Positions 1-14,061 of a stretch of DNA of 64,000 bases are shown here, piece after piece; position 1 is the stretch's first letter, and every line of letters begins with the position of its first letter. The notes below the pieces were generated by a model. It saw only the letters and a program-made list of their open reading frames with translations. It made no database searches and had not been told where the DNA came from. Source of the stretch: Octopus vulgaris (taxonomy: Eukaryota); the NCBI GenBank assembly GCA_951406725.2, contig OX597830.1:17422001-17486000 (forward strand), given 5' to 3'. The position numbers and the translations under genes are program-made.

Positions 1-300
1 TTATAGCGTTTCCTAGTATCCAGCTTAATTACATAGCTGCCGCCATGTTTGATATGGAAGGCAAATGACAAATAAATTTCTCGTAAAAACTTTTACATTT
101 TGATAGATTTATTTATGTTCTGAAACTTTTACACTGCATCAAATTCCTGGTCATGGTTGATTTTTTTTTGTTAGGCTGGAAGTTACACTTCCCCTCCAAA
201 ATTACCTCAGCCATATCGATTATTCCCACGTTATTTGTCAACTATCTTTAAAAATCCACACGCACAAGCACACACTCATGTATATCACATCTTTCTCTCC

Positions 301-347
<47 letters not shown>

Positions 348-350
<3 letters not shown>

Positions 351-532
351 CGGGAAACTTTATGAAAATAAACAAAAGACGAAGGCAGGTGGAATACAAA
401 CAAACAATTGTATTAGTATGGCGCTCAGGAATATAAATAAAACAAGTCTTTTACGTTTCGAGCCTACGCTCTTCAACAGAAAGATACCCAGAAAAGAAAC
501 ACGGAAAGAAACAAGGAGAGAAAAAAATGCGT
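348..532 (-). mobile_element. Short non-autonomous PLE-type (pLTR-like) element with hammerhead, between two (TA)n tracts
   Basis: Homologous to 63495-63682 (+) and to the tail at 36617-36702; contains the hammerhead at 447-484. Confidence 0.65.
447..484 (-). ncRNA. Minimal type I hammerhead ribozyme, variant core
   Basis: Minus strand TCTTT-CTGTTGA-A-GAGC-GTAG-GCTC-GAAA-CG-TA-AAAGA: stem I TCTTT/AAAGA, stem II GAGC/GCTC, palindromic ACGT stem III, GUA site. Confidence 0.65.
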
Positions 533-540
533 TTATATAT

Positions 541-604
<64 letters not shown>

Positions 605-659
605 ATATATAAACAAATTTCGTAGGAGTCATATATATTATTATTTAAAATAGTTTGAT

Positions 660-1174
660 TGGGCTCCATGTAACTAAATGAAATCTAGTCTTTTACGAGC
701 TTTTTCTCACGGACAGAATCATCAATTCGGATGTGGACTGTGACCAGCTGGTCAAAATAAAAAGAGCAATCCACCAGTAGCCTCCAGAAATTGCTAGTCG
801 TAAAGGCATTGTTTTTATCACAACCATGCCAGACTTCACACTTCTTTAGATGCACCAGAAGTTACTTGGACTTGAATGGAAAGTTTTGCCACATCCTTCA
901 TATTCGCCCGACCTTGCACTTTTAGATTTTCGCCTGCTTGGGATTTTTCAAAATTCATTGAACTCCGAAAAAGATTAAAAATTTACCTGGAAGAGTTTTT
1001 CGCCAAGAAATTCTTTGAACGAGGAATAATGGATCTGCCTGGAAGATATCAGAAGATACTGGAACGATACGGTAATTTTATAAATCAATCACTGATTGAA
1101 TGAATTGCTTTGTGCTTAAAAATTTTGTTTCATTTTCGCGTAAGAAACCGAGCAGACGTTTTGGTCAACTCGAT
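660..1174 (+). mobile_element. Decayed mariner transposon, 3' part
   Basis: HPSYSPDLA motif near 890-920 and the mariner C-terminus FFERGIMDLPGRYQKILE; frameshifted; TIR-like end finishing on TA. Confidence 0.8.
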
Positions 1175-1379
1175 ACATATACATTTATGGATACATACAC
1201 ACATACATACACACATACATACATACATACATACATACATACATACATACATACATACATACATACATACATACGTACTTACGTATATACATTGCATGTG
1301 TGTATAATTTTTAAGTAGTTTTTCGTAGCTTAAAAAATAATACAATATCAGTAAAAAAAAAACCTCCTATCAAAAATAA

Positions 1380-2343
1380 ATGTGTAAAGTTACTGGAGAT
1401 CAATTTGGAAAAGGAATATGATGGATTTGATGGAAAGGCTGAATGGATAGATAAGTTAGAACAGGTCTCCTGCGAAGATTTCTAACAAAAACTCTACAAA
1501 ACTGATGGTGCTGTACTTGAAATGGTCCTAAGAAAAATACGAAACAGGAAATCTCCTGGCCCAGGTCTTATTACACCGTATTGGTTAAAAAGCTTCAACT
1601 TACATCGGCGCGATCGAATAAACTGGGAAGAATAGTAAAAGCACATTGAACATACCGACATGGCTGTCAACAGTTACCATCCTTATCATTCGTAAAAATA
1701 GTCAAACCTCAGTAGCTAAAAATTATCGCCCGATAGCCCGTCGAAAAGCTATGTATAAAATGTAAACGAGCAGCATCAACTTGTTTCGACACTACGATTG
1801 TATCACAAACAATATTATAATGCCAGAGCAAGCTGAAAGAAATAAGGAAGTGTGAGGGTCTATTTAGTACCAAAAGTTAGCAAAATTATACAAGAAAGAG
1901 AATTAAAGAACCGCACAACGCTGGATATAATATGGCTGCATGATCAAAAATATGTTTGATAGTATGAGTGGATTATGAAGTGAATATGAGTGGATTATCA
2001 AGGCACTACAATTAGCCCAAGTACAGTCACTACATAGCTGCAATCTACCACCTGATTAAAAGGTGGTACACCTCCTGACTTCTTAGGGGCGACGATGAAG
2101 ACCTCAGATCTGACACAATACACGACCTGAATACCATTTATGACATCCCGCTTCGAAGGCTACCTCCATGCTAGTCAAGAACAAGAGATCTCCACCAAGT
2201 ACCTACAGCAAAGAAGGCAGACAACAATGACAGACAACAAATGTAGACGATGCAAAACTAAAACTGAAGACATCAACCACATTATTGTCGACTCTATTAC
2301 AGCTGGAATTCATTTGGTCACAAATCTAACGAAAACATCCATC

Positions 2344-2378
<35 letters not shown>
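1380..2378 (+). mobile_element. Decayed R4/Dong-like non-LTR retrotransposon (RT and CCHC remnants) with (AAT)n tail
   Basis: KSPGPG..PYWLK, KNYRPIA, PEQA and QEQEISTKY...CRRCK..EDINHII motifs, followed by (AAT)n. Confidence 0.75.
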
Positions 2379-2381
<3 letters not shown>

Positions 2382-3199
2382 CAGCGATGGCTGGTACTTA
2401 TTACATCGAGTTCTCAGAAAGATGAAAATGAAATGTTGTCACTGTGGTGATTTGAACTCCGAAAGCAAAGAGATGCAGTTCATAACAAATCTTCAAAGAG
2501 AAGTGAAGCAGCTTGTAAATGTAGACATAAAAATATAAGTAGAAATAACGTTGATGGAAAACTTATGAAGATGCACAAAAGTCATGTTTATAATGGAAGA
2601 CATCTATGCAGGCGACACACATGTTCTGTACATATTTTATTTGACGTCGTTCACGTTGCTGAAACACTCGAGAAGGCGGAGGACTAAGACAGAGTGAAGC
2701 ATATTATATAGCAACACTTCACTTTTGGCTATGTTCACATATCTTAATAGACGCTATTTCTATTTCAAGCCATGTTTAACGAAACTGGCGAGAGTAATGG
2801 CGGTTTTCTGAGATTCAGGATATTGTAAAAACACTTTGTAATGTAAAATGGAGGGAAGTAAAAGGAAAAAGAAAAGGAAAAAGAAAGAAAGAAAGAACGG
2901 AGAAGAAAAGGAAAACAATTGCAAGGAAAGAAGAGAAAGAATGAAAAGAAAGATTGAAAAGAAGTAACAGAATGAAAGATTGAAAAGATGTAACAGAAAG
3001 AAAGATTGAAAATAAATTGGTTATTTACGTAGAGTTGTAGAAATAATGTTAAACCATTCGACAGAGTTTTGATCACACAGAAATACTCGTATATGAACAA
3101 AAATATGCATGCATACGCATATAGTCGCATATACACGTACACATAGATTCATACACCAATACAATTTCAATTAAGTATTTATATATACATATTTGCTAA

Positions 3200-3720
3200 T
3201 TTATATGTGTGTGTTTTCTGTATGTTTGTGCAAAGGTGTGGGGAATCGAGGTGAACAGAAATGGTGGACTGGGACGGCTTTGTAGCAAATAGATATCTCT
3301 GCACAATAACAAAAGCCGGTTGGATATCATGACCTGAGAGAAACTGAAGAGGAAAAGTAGTGGGTTTAGGGAACCAATGTGCAGAAGTAGAATGAAAGGC
3401 AGACGAACGAAGGAGAATATCTTTGAAATGTTTGGAGAAATGGAATCAGCTTGACTGCGGTTCATCTTGAGATCGATATACAATATATTTTCATCCACAG
3501 TAAATCTTAAAGGTGGAGCTGGAGTGACATTTACCTCTATAAGTATGGCGTCAACACATGGTTGGATCACATTATGGCAACATGGAAGACATCCATAGCC
3601 TGACAATGGTGGCAAAATAAGCAAAAACTGAATGTTATTGCTGGAGTATTAACCAGTAGTGGTTCGTGATCAGTGAGCGCAAGATCGAAACCCCTGTGAA
3701 TTTTCTTTACGAAAGACAAC
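3200..3720 (-). mobile_element. Possible highly decayed PLE GIY-YIG 3' region
   Basis: Only weak resemblance: LHIGSLNP recalls the PLE C-terminal LGTLxP; Cys pairs upstream. Confidence 0.3.
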
Positions 3721-4199
3721 AAAATACGTTTCAAGAACAGAAGTAAAACACTGTGAAGACCGAAACTTCTGAATGGCGCAAATGATTGGAACGTAATGTT
3801 TGCAGAAAGTTCTTCAATTTTCAGGCCGCATCGAAATAACGAATAAAGTGAATGGCGTGGCTCTAAATGTCAATTTAATGTAGCCATAGGAAAGTGATTT
3901 GGAGTATGCACATGAAAGCTTGAAGGACTGAGGGAGTCATATGAGTTACGAAGATGACAGGGTATCGTACTTCTAGTAGAAGTCATATATCACACGTTTA
4001 AAGCTTAATCCAGCATATTCCACATGGTTGCCATTAAGTTCAAGGACTGAAGACTAGTTGTTGAGCTTCAGAGGGAAATAGATAATGTCTTATAGCAAAT
4101 GCAACAGAGACGCATGAATGAAATATCGAATTTGATGGCGAAGGACAAATCCACTTCAATAGTTGGTAAAATAAAATAGATGCCCTTGCTATTGGTATC

Positions 4200-4395
4200 A
4201 AATTTTGGCACAAGGCCAGCTATTTTGTGGGAGGAGTTAAGTCGATTACATTGACCAAGTGCTCAACGGATACTTATTTTACCGGACTCGAAAGGATGAA
4301 AGGAAAATTCGGCCTTAGCGGAATTTGAACTCAGAATGACGGATGAAATGCCGCTAACCATTTTGCTCAACGTGCAAAAGATTCTGCCAGCTCGG
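4200..4395 (-). mobile_element. SINE family A, diverged copy
   Basis: Reverse complement of the CTGGCAGAATC...GAGTTCAAATTCC...CCTTTCATCCTTTCG family sequence. Confidence 0.8.
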
Positions 4396-4500
4396 AGGTT
4401 ATCAGTTTCAGTTACCCGTATTTTGGTATAGTGACAGCATTAAAGATTGAGTTCTGGAAGCAGAAAAGCCCGTTCTCATATAGAGCAAAAGAATACAGAT

Positions 4501-4570
4501 ATTATTTACGTTATTTACATTATTTACATTCGACGGATATTTGTCCTCATCTTGTTTGTTGTTAACACAA
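4501..4570 (-). repeat. Isolated 3' tail of the tRNA-hammerhead element
   Basis: Reverse complement matches 6692-6750 (TTGTGTTAACAACAAACAAGATGAGGACAAATATCCGTCGAATG). Confidence 0.85.
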
Positions 4571-5199
4571 TCTATCATCGATAATCACCAATATATTTAC
4601 AAATCTCAAAATAAAAAGACCGGTTCTACATTAACACTGTATTGACGATATTACCCCAATAAGATGCAATTTACAACGACATTTATATCGTATCATAAGG
4701 CATTTGTCGTAATTCGCAACAGTATTTTCAGTATTGTACAGTATGGTATAAATTATATTTTACATTTTTCAGTGGTATTTCATGATATAGCTCAGGTTGC
4801 AATGTTGCAATTGACTGTCATATTTTCGTTTCTCATTATTATACAAGTTGTGGTATATAACAATATTTGTATTTCACATTGTGATTCAAAATAACGTGTA
4901 ATGTTACAGTTTATCTTATGATACAGATGTATTTTAGAGTATTATTTCTCAACATACGATAGAAATGGCGGTTCACATTTAACACTATTTTTACAGAATG
5001 CCGTTTACAACAATATTTACATTATTTCATGACATGGTACATGTTTTAATTTACTGTGACATTTACAATAGATTGCAATAATGGTATAAATTGAAGTTTA
5101 CATTGAATATTTTGCATCAAGTCATTCGACGTATAAAATTTTGTATATACCTTCGGAGGTAAATAACACACTCTGGCATACCGTATTATCAATAGATAA

Positions 5200-5570
5200 C
5201 TCAGGGTAGTGAACTGGGAGAATCGTTAAAGCGGTATTTCTTTCAGCTGTTTACAATCTGGTGCTCAAATCCCGCCATTGTCATTTTTCATTTTATCCTT
5301 TTGAGATCGATGAAATAAAGTAGCATTCAAGTACTGGGATCAATGGTATCGAATAACCCCTTCCCCCTTGTATTTAAATTGGATTCAAATTTTGAGGTTG
5401 AGTCGATTACATCGATCCCAGTGTTCAACTGGTACTTATTTTATCGACCCCGAAAGGATGAAAGGTACAGTCAAACTCAGTGGAATTTGAACTCAGAACG
5501 TAAAGACAGATAAAATGCCACTAAGCATTTCGTCCGGAGTGCTAACGATTCTGCCAGTTCGCTGCCTTAC
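5200..5570. mobile_element. Two diverged SINE A copies, tail to tail (+ then -)
   Basis: Family A motifs at 5205-5385 (+) and 5390-5570 (-). Confidence 0.75.
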
Positions 5571-5767
5571 GCCTGGCATTTAAATTGAAAAACCATTACT
5601 AATCAGTAATTCTAAGTTTCTACTATTCTTACGTCTACATGTCTTTGGCCGTGGCTAAATACAGGCTTTGGCAAATATACTTTAGCTGCATCAAATGTTA
5701 AGACTTGTTAGTATTCTAATCAAATGAATCGACGATGGAGAAGTGTTTTCTTTTGAATGTAAAGAAA

Positions 5768-6183
5768 GGCGTAGGAGTGGCTGTGTAGTAAGTAACTTGC
5801 TTACCAACAACATGGTTCCGGGTTCAGTTCCACTGCGTGACATCTTGGGCAAGTGTCTTCTACTATAGCCTCGGGCCGACCAAAGCCTTGTGAGTGAATT
5901 TGGGAGACGGAAATTGAAAGAAGCCCGTCGTATATATGTATATGTATATGTATATGTGTATGTATGTGTTTGTGTGCCTGTGTTTGTCCCCCCCCCCCCC
6001 AACATCGCTTGACAACCGATGCTGGTGCGTTTACGTCCCCGTAACTTAGCGGTTCGGCAAAATAGACCGATAGAACAAGTACTAGGCTTACAAAGAATAA
6101 GTCCTGGGGTTGATTTGCTCGACTTAAGGCGGTGCTTCAGCATGGCCGCAGTCAAATGACTGAAACAAGTAAAAGAGTAAAAG
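5768..6183 (+). mobile_element. SINE family B, full length (tRNA head, CORE-like segment, internal microsatellite, LINE-derived tail)
   Basis: A box TGGCTGTGTAG, B box GGTTCAGTTCC, CTTGGGCAAGTG, internal (TA/TG)n, tail GCAGTCAAATGACTGAAACAAGTAAAAG; many copies in the window. Confidence 0.9.
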
Positions 6184-6186
6184 TAG

Positions 6187-6777
<591 letters not shown>

Positions 6778-7109
6778 TAAAGAAAGTAGTGTTGTATCGT
6801 ATCATTTGATAATTATTATCTCTACTTCTGTTGCTGGTGATAGTTTCTGCTGCGATTCTGTAGATTGTTAAAACTCTGACAATAATTAAAGCACAATTAA
6901 CTTAATGATTCTAAACCTTTCCTGGATTGAAGTTACATATAAACCTTATAATGGAACCAGTTTTAGTTTTCACTCACGAGGACGTAATCCGAAAGGAGTA
7001 AGTTGCTTCAAAGATTCTTTGAGGGTAATTTGTAATTTGGTCATCATTTCCGGCTGCGACGGTTTTTACAATCTGATATTCTAAATCTCATCTGCAAATT
7101 TATTGATTA

Positions 7110-7245
7110 CAAATTTTGGTACAAGGCCAGCAATTTCAGGGGAGTGGGTAAGACTATCGAATCGACCCAGTGCTCAAGTGATACATATTTTATCGACCCC
7201 GAAATCATGAAAGGCAAAGTCAGAGCATTCTGCCAGCTCGCCGTC
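7110..7245 (-). mobile_element. SINE A, internally deleted
   Basis: Family A head and tail motifs on the minus strand. Confidence 0.75.
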
Positions 7246-7270
7246 TTTATCTAGCATATATTGGGAACTC

Positions 7271-7583
7271 GTGGAGGCGCAATGGCCCAGTGGTTAGGGC
7301 AACGGACTCGCGGTCGTAGGATCGCGGTTTTGATTCTCAGACCGGGCATTGTGAGTGTTTATTGAGCGAAAACACCTAAAAGCTCCACGAGGCTCCGGCA
7401 GGGTGTGGTGGCGATCCCTGCTGTACTCTTTCTCCACAACTTTCTCTTAATCTTTTCTTATGTTGGCCTGCTCGCTTAGCCAGTGGGGTGGCGTCATTTG
7501 AAGGCTAAAACAATGCGAAGCGCATTGTGACCAACGATGTGTAGCAATATCTGATAGCCTGCTCGGTCACGGTGATCACAGTG
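7271..7583 (+). mobile_element. SINE family C head with tail type 2
   Basis: tRNA-like head GGAGGCGCAATGGCCCAGTGGTTAGGGC; TSD ATATTGGGAACT at 7258-7269 and 7584-7595. Confidence 0.9.
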
Positions 7584-9289
7584 ATATTGGGAACTTATTT
7601 ATTTAGTTACTGAGCATAGTTTTTTTTTTAGTTAGGATTATTTTCCTCAAAACGTTTTCAATGTAATCGTTGTTTATCAAAATTACGAATTTCTACGTAT
7701 GGTATATGCGATATCGTCATTTGATACCATTTTGTATGATATTTCATTGATGTGCCAAGCAAAGTCTTTTCATATTGACATACACCATAGCATAAACATT
7801 ATTCTCCATAATAGCCTTATTTAAAGCGACAATAATTTTAGGGATATATTGTACATTAGTTTCATTAGACATTGAATTGTCTTCCATCTCATTCTCAGTG
7901 GGGGCATGCCGGAAATATGATAAACTTTAAAACAAAAGGAACCTCGATCACGAATTTCAGCTTTGAGAGTTCGAATTGAAAAAAACGAAAGTGCCGAGGT
8001 CCAATGATGGCTTCAAGGTTGAAATAATGAGGATGACGTTATCAGCTCGTAATATCTTCCAGGTGTTCCGGAAATGTCATCGTTGAGGATCTGAACTTCA
8101 TTTTTATGGTTTCACTTATTAAATAAAGCTTCGTAGGTTTTCTCAACAAAGAAGTTCTTTGCTGCAAAGTGGGTGGTGTGAAAGAGAGCGATAGGGAGAG
8201 AGAGAGAGTGTGTGAGAGAGAGAGAGCGATAGGGAGAGAGAGAGAGTGAGAGAGAGGGGATAGAGAGATTATGTTAAATTCTCTACACCATTGATACTCA
8301 GTACTTCTTTACGAAGCCATCATTTTATTTTCGTATTGCAAGCTGTTATGTCGTGTTAGCCTCATATTCTCAGCATTACTTCTATTTCATTCTATATTTC
8401 TTTTGTGGCTCATTATTCTTTTCTTTTCTTGTGAATTCCTTTGTTCTTGCGCTTTATTCTTCTAATCTTACTTCACCTCTTCGACTTCAGCCTTCTATTG
8501 TTCTTTTACTCGGCACATTTTCTAATCTTGCAGCAGTTCTTTGTTTTCGACCCTTAATTCTTTGATTTCTTTGTTCTTGACTTTTCATTATCAACTCTTA
8601 GAGACATCGTTTCTCTCATTCCTTCCATTCTTCTTCCTTTTCCTTCTCTTGCTTCTACTCGTAATTGGTGACCTGTCTGCTGATTCTCTCTTTCTGCACC
8701 AACAACTGTCTCCAATCTTTTCCCACGTTTCTCCGTATCTTGTTGCCTTCCCATCATATCTTCTTCAAGTGCCTCTTGAAATTATCTAAGACAATCACCG
8801 AGTTCTATCTTGCTGCTGTTGCATCTGCAATATGGCTTGCTCCGTAGTATGTCTCGTATTCTACTTTCTCTAGCTGCATGAGACAGTGCCTCAGGTTCTC
8901 CCGGGTTCTCCGCTCCTTATTCGTTCTATTGCTGAAAAAATGTTAACACATTCTTATTTTATATTAGCCTTCTATTCATTAGCTTTTCTTTCGTATATCC
9001 TTTAAACATTTCTACAGTGTTCTGTTGTGTCTGGGGAGAGTCATTTTCTTTTTGTGCCTTATAATTTAACACACTCACCGGTAAAATTTCCACTTATTTC
9101 TTATTTTTATTTCCCTAAAATTTTCGTTGCGCCTTGCAACCTTTTCAATAGTCTTGACTCTCTACAATGTTTTTTCCAATAATCCGAAAAATCTGAAAAA
9201 CGCTTCATCAGGTCATGTATCATAAAAAATGACAAAACTGTCTTAATTTTGTAATTGTCTTTTTGTATTGCAACTACGTATATAGGTGT

Positions 9290-10232
9290 GGCTGTGAATC
9301 AACTGGAAACTGGAAAGATTCTGGCTTCAGTGTTCTGGGATAAAATGGAGTACTCCTCATAAAATACCTGCCAAAGGGTCGCATCATCCCACGCAGAATA
9401 CTATGTCTTTGTTAGATGAACTGCGCGAAGCTCTGAAGCAGAAACGCCGTGGAAAGCTGAGCCGTGTTGTCCTGTTTTTGCAGGACAATGCACCAGCACA
9501 TGATGGAAGCACTCCGTCGGTTACGACGACTAAGGTTCCGGTTGATCCGAATCAACGGAACAGCCTGCTCGTGAAATTAACGTGTAAGTGGCTGAGCACT
9601 CCACAGACACGTGTACCCTTACCGTAGTTCTCGGGGATATTCAGCGTGACACAGAGAGTGACAAGGCCGGCCCCTTTGAAATACAGGTACAACAGAAACA
9701 GGAAGTAAGAGTGAGAGAAAGTTGTGGTGAAAGAGTACAGCAGGGATCACCACCATCCCCTGCCGGAGCCTCGTGGAGCTTTTTTAGGTGTTTTCGCTCA
9801 ATAAACACTCACAACGCCCGGTCTGGGAATCGAAACCGCGATCCTACGACCGCGAGTCCACTGCCCTAACCACTGGGCCATTGCGCCTCCGCACCAGCAC
9901 ATATAGCACATGGAACTACGGAAAATACGCGTCTTAGGCTTCGAAATGGTAGATCACCCACCTTACTCTTCTGATTTGGCCCTCTTTCCACAACTGAAGA
10001 AACATCTCAAGGCAACAAAATTTCACTCCGATTCGGAAGTGATCGCTGCTAAGAGGCCTGGTTGGAGGTCCAACATTCCGAGGTCTTTCCACAGGGTTTA
10101 TAAAAAACTGAAGGACCGGTATAATAATTTTGTGAATCTGAGAAGGGAATTTGTTGGGTAAAATGATAATTAGCTGATCTTCCCATATTTTCTTTTGCTC
10201 AAAGCCAGGAACTTTTGAGCACCCCACCTCTA
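9290..10232 (+). mobile_element. Decayed mariner transposon interrupted by a SINE
   Basis: KILASVFWD, KRRGKLSRVVLFLQDNAPAH and HPPYSSDLA..FPQLKKHL motifs; TIR-like 3' end followed by TA. Confidence 0.9.
9502..9890 (-). mobile_element. SINE C, tail type 1, full length
   Basis: TSD GCACCAGCACAT at 9490-9501 and 9891-9902; homologous to 21819-22206. Confidence 0.95.
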
Positions 10233-10666
10233 TATATCATTCTACATTTACATTTTGACGTTGCCGGTTTCCTGGAAATTAACAAACATAAAAGTAAAAG
10301 AGAATTTTCTTTCTAGAAGCCGTCCTCTCCAAAAGAAATGAATTTGCAATTCCTTGTAATTAGGAGATGGATAAATTGCAACATAAACGTATATTATGAT
10401 TGTTCGTAACGCTACTGTGTTTCTCACTCACTCACTGTTTCTCGCTTAGTCTTTGCACACAAATATATGCGTTACTTATTTATAATTAGATTGACTGGTC
10501 CATTTGAAAGTTGAATTTTCTCATCAGGAACCAGAACCGACTGCACGTGCTGGAATACGATCTACCGGCTTACTTATTCATAATGACATTTGTTTGTGTA
10601 TCTGTGCATGTGCCTGTCTCTCTGCTTGCTTAGCTATCTGTCTTGTCTCTAAGAGAAACCCATAAA

Positions 10667-11101
10667 GGCGGCGAGCTGGCAGAATCGTTAGCACGCTGGG
10701 CGGAATGCGTAACCGTATTTCGTCTGCTGTTACGTTCTGAGTTCAAACTCCGCCGAGGTCGACTTTGCCTTTCATCCTTTCGGGGTCGATTAAATAAGTA
10801 CCAGTTATGCACTGGGGTCGATATAATCGACTTAATCTGTTTGTCTGTCCTTGTGTGTCCTCTCTGTGTTTAGCCCCTTGTGGGTAGTAAAGAAATAGAA
10901 ATAGGTATTTCGTATGCCGTTATGTTCTGAGTTCAAATTGCGCCGAGGTTGACTTTGCCTTTCATCCTTTCGGGGTCGATAAATTAAGTACCAGTTACGC
11001 ACTGGGGTTGATATAATCGACTTAATCCGTTTGTCCGTCCTTGTTTGTCCGTCCTTGTTTGTCACCTCTGTGTGTAGCCCCTTGTGGGCAATAAAGAAAT
11101 A
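10667..11101 (+). mobile_element. SINE A dimer (full unit plus headless unit)
   Basis: Two tandem units, the second starting at GTATTTCG near 10905; single TSD AGAAACCCATAAA at 10654-10666 and 11102-11114. Confidence 0.9.
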
Positions 11102-11199
11102 AGAAACCCATAAATGGTGGTGTTAAATGTATTTGGATAAACTCTTCTAAACTTTTAACTCCTTAAATATTCTCTTAAACACTTCCAATAAAATCAACC

Positions 11200-11656
11200 C
11201 TCACCACCACAACCACCACAACCACCTGTATCATCGTCGTCATTGTTGTTGTCATCTTCACAACCACCAAATACGATAGAAGCAACACCAGTACAACCAT
11301 CATCACTATCGGTAATAGCCCATCATCTGCTTACTCCAACCATCAACCCCACCACCAATACCAACACCAACAGCGACACCGACACCGCTATCACCGCCGC
11401 CACCAGCACTACCACGACAGACTAAACCATTATCATTCCCCTCCTCCCTTATCCCAACCTTACCTGACTCCCCCCCCACCACCTCCATATTTATCCACAC
11501 CTGTGAACCAAATAATAACGTTAAGTGTTACAATTCAATTCTGCCGTTCTTTTATCTCTCATGATCGAATCTAGCTAAGGCAATTTTCAATCTCGCTATC
11601 ATAAATATTCCTGCTTGGTCGAAACATCAACAACACTAACAACAACAACAACAACA

Positions 11657-11730
<74 letters not shown>

Positions 11731-11939
11731 CTACTACTACTACTGCTAAATCAAGAAGCCCTTCTTCAATACCACCAACTTCATCGTTGCCATCAGCGCC
11801 AATCACACTATTATGAAGGAAGCCTACATCTAGCACTCCATCTACCACCACAACAAACGGCAGCAAAGATAACAGAGGAATAGCTATGTGGTCGAAATAG
11901 TAGTCAAATAGTCCTCAGTTTACACCTTAATAAATGGTG

Positions 11940-11971
<32 letters not shown>

Positions 11972-12330
11972 GGTGGTTGTGTCATAAATGAAAGGCCTAC
12001 CGTCATAGGTCTTCTCGACCACACCAAACATGCTAACAGAAAACAACAGGGCATCAATACCATGCGAATGACAGCAACCACGACGACGACGACCACCACC
12101 ACCACCACCATTTCAACCTCCACCGCCACTACCTTCATCATGATCACCACTGCGGTAAACTGCCATTGCCATCATCATCACCACAACGTTCCCCACCCCA
12201 ACAAACTTTCCTATCACCATCACGATCACAGCTAAATATGTCCGTCCTACACATAAGCCCTACCATCATCACAACGATTACTACCAAAAAACCCAGCACT
12301 ACCATCGCTTTCAGAACTCCACACCACTAT
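11200..12330. repeat. Degenerate trinucleotide repeat region, (ACC)/(CAA)/(CTA)/(GTT)n
   Basis: Direct reading; (CAA)n followed by (CTA)n at 11638-11745. Confidence 0.9.
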
Positions 12331-12679
12331 ACTTTCTCCTCCTGACAAAAAACAAAACAAAAAAAAAACAAGAAAATCCTTACGTTACTTCCATATTAGA
12401 TTGATGTGCCAGTGATATCGTCTGCTTTTCCCAATTTTCTTCCATTGTAATGTAAAATAGATTTCCGTACACTTTCGGTTGATTTTTCTCAATTTTCCTT
12501 CTGAAAATATTCATTTGTTTATATTTATCTCCTTCTCATTCCTATTTAGCTATCTTTTATTTTTATCTATTTATTTATCTATTTATTTATTTATATATTT
12601 ATTTAGCCATCTTTGTTTTTTAATTAATTACTTTTATTTCATCGCGTTGTAAGATCTATTTTTTTTTTACTCATCTTGA

Positions 12680-12705
12680 TGTTTGTATGTACGTACGCAC
12701 GTATG

Positions 12706-12739
<34 letters not shown>

Positions 12740-12756
12740 TGAATATTCATACGTAC

Positions 12757-12791
<35 letters not shown>

Positions 12792-13130
12792 TACATACGT
12801 ACATACATACACACATATATACTCACATATCTATACATACGTATACATATATACCTTTATTTGTAAATATATATTATATACATATGCATATATGGTTACA
12901 TCATATGGATATATATATTTATATACATAAACATATACATTTGTACGCGTATATATATCTATACATATATATATATATATATTATATAATATGTGTGCAA
13001 TTATATGCATATTATATATATATATATATGTATATATATAATATATACATACATATATATATACGTATATACATATATATACACCCACACATTGTTTATA
13101 TTATAGAATATATATGTATAGATATGATTA

Positions 13131-13188
<58 letters not shown>

Positions 13189-13402
13189 CCATACATACAC
13201 ACACACACACACATATATATATATACACGCACATATGCATATATATGTATAGTAATGTATCTTAATAATTTCATTTTCTGCATATACATATATACACACA
13301 CATGCACACTCACACACACAAACACGCACACAAATAGAATCACACACACATACCCAAACAGGCACATGCATATATGTACACACACACATACGTACACACA
13401 CG

Positions 13403-13447
<45 letters not shown>

Positions 13448-13450
13448 ACT
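12680..13450. repeat. Compound (TA)n/(CA)n/(TATG)n microsatellite
   Basis: Direct reading. Confidence 0.95.
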
Positions 13451-14007
13451 GTTTATTGATTCCTATTTTCCGTTTCGTCTGTCAGTTTTATTTATATTTT
13501 TGCATTCGTTTTATTGCATTTATCTTATTTGTTTCCACTGAAGTTAATGAAGAACACAGTTTTTTTTAATTCTTTTCTTTTCTAAAGCAATTATTTTATC
13601 ACCGTGGAAATTATGGAAATATCCCACTATCGTTAATAATGGCAATAATGAGGATGATAACGATTATAATCATAACGATGGTGATGATGACGACGACGAC
13701 GACGACGACGATGATGATGATGGTGATGACGATGGTGATGACGACGACGAGGATAACGATGGTAATGATGATGATGATGATGACGGTGATGATATTCGCC
13801 TCCTTTGTTTGCCACGAGGCTATCGAAAGAAAGCGCAATCATAGCTGTGTGTTTAGGATATTCGAGTCGCGACAACATTGTTTCAAGTTTAGCCGCACTC
13901 ACTGCGTGATTCTTCGATTAAGTAGCTCCAACTAGAGATCGGGTTCGTCGAATGCCAAATGACTTTTGCATGAATTTGACAGACGGGACACAGTGTTGAA
14001 GCTCGTC

Positions 14008-14061
<54 letters not shown>

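Noticed and set aside
9195-9220. CTGATGA on the minus strand as an intact hammerhead
   Set aside because: Could not build stems II and III with a following GAAA.
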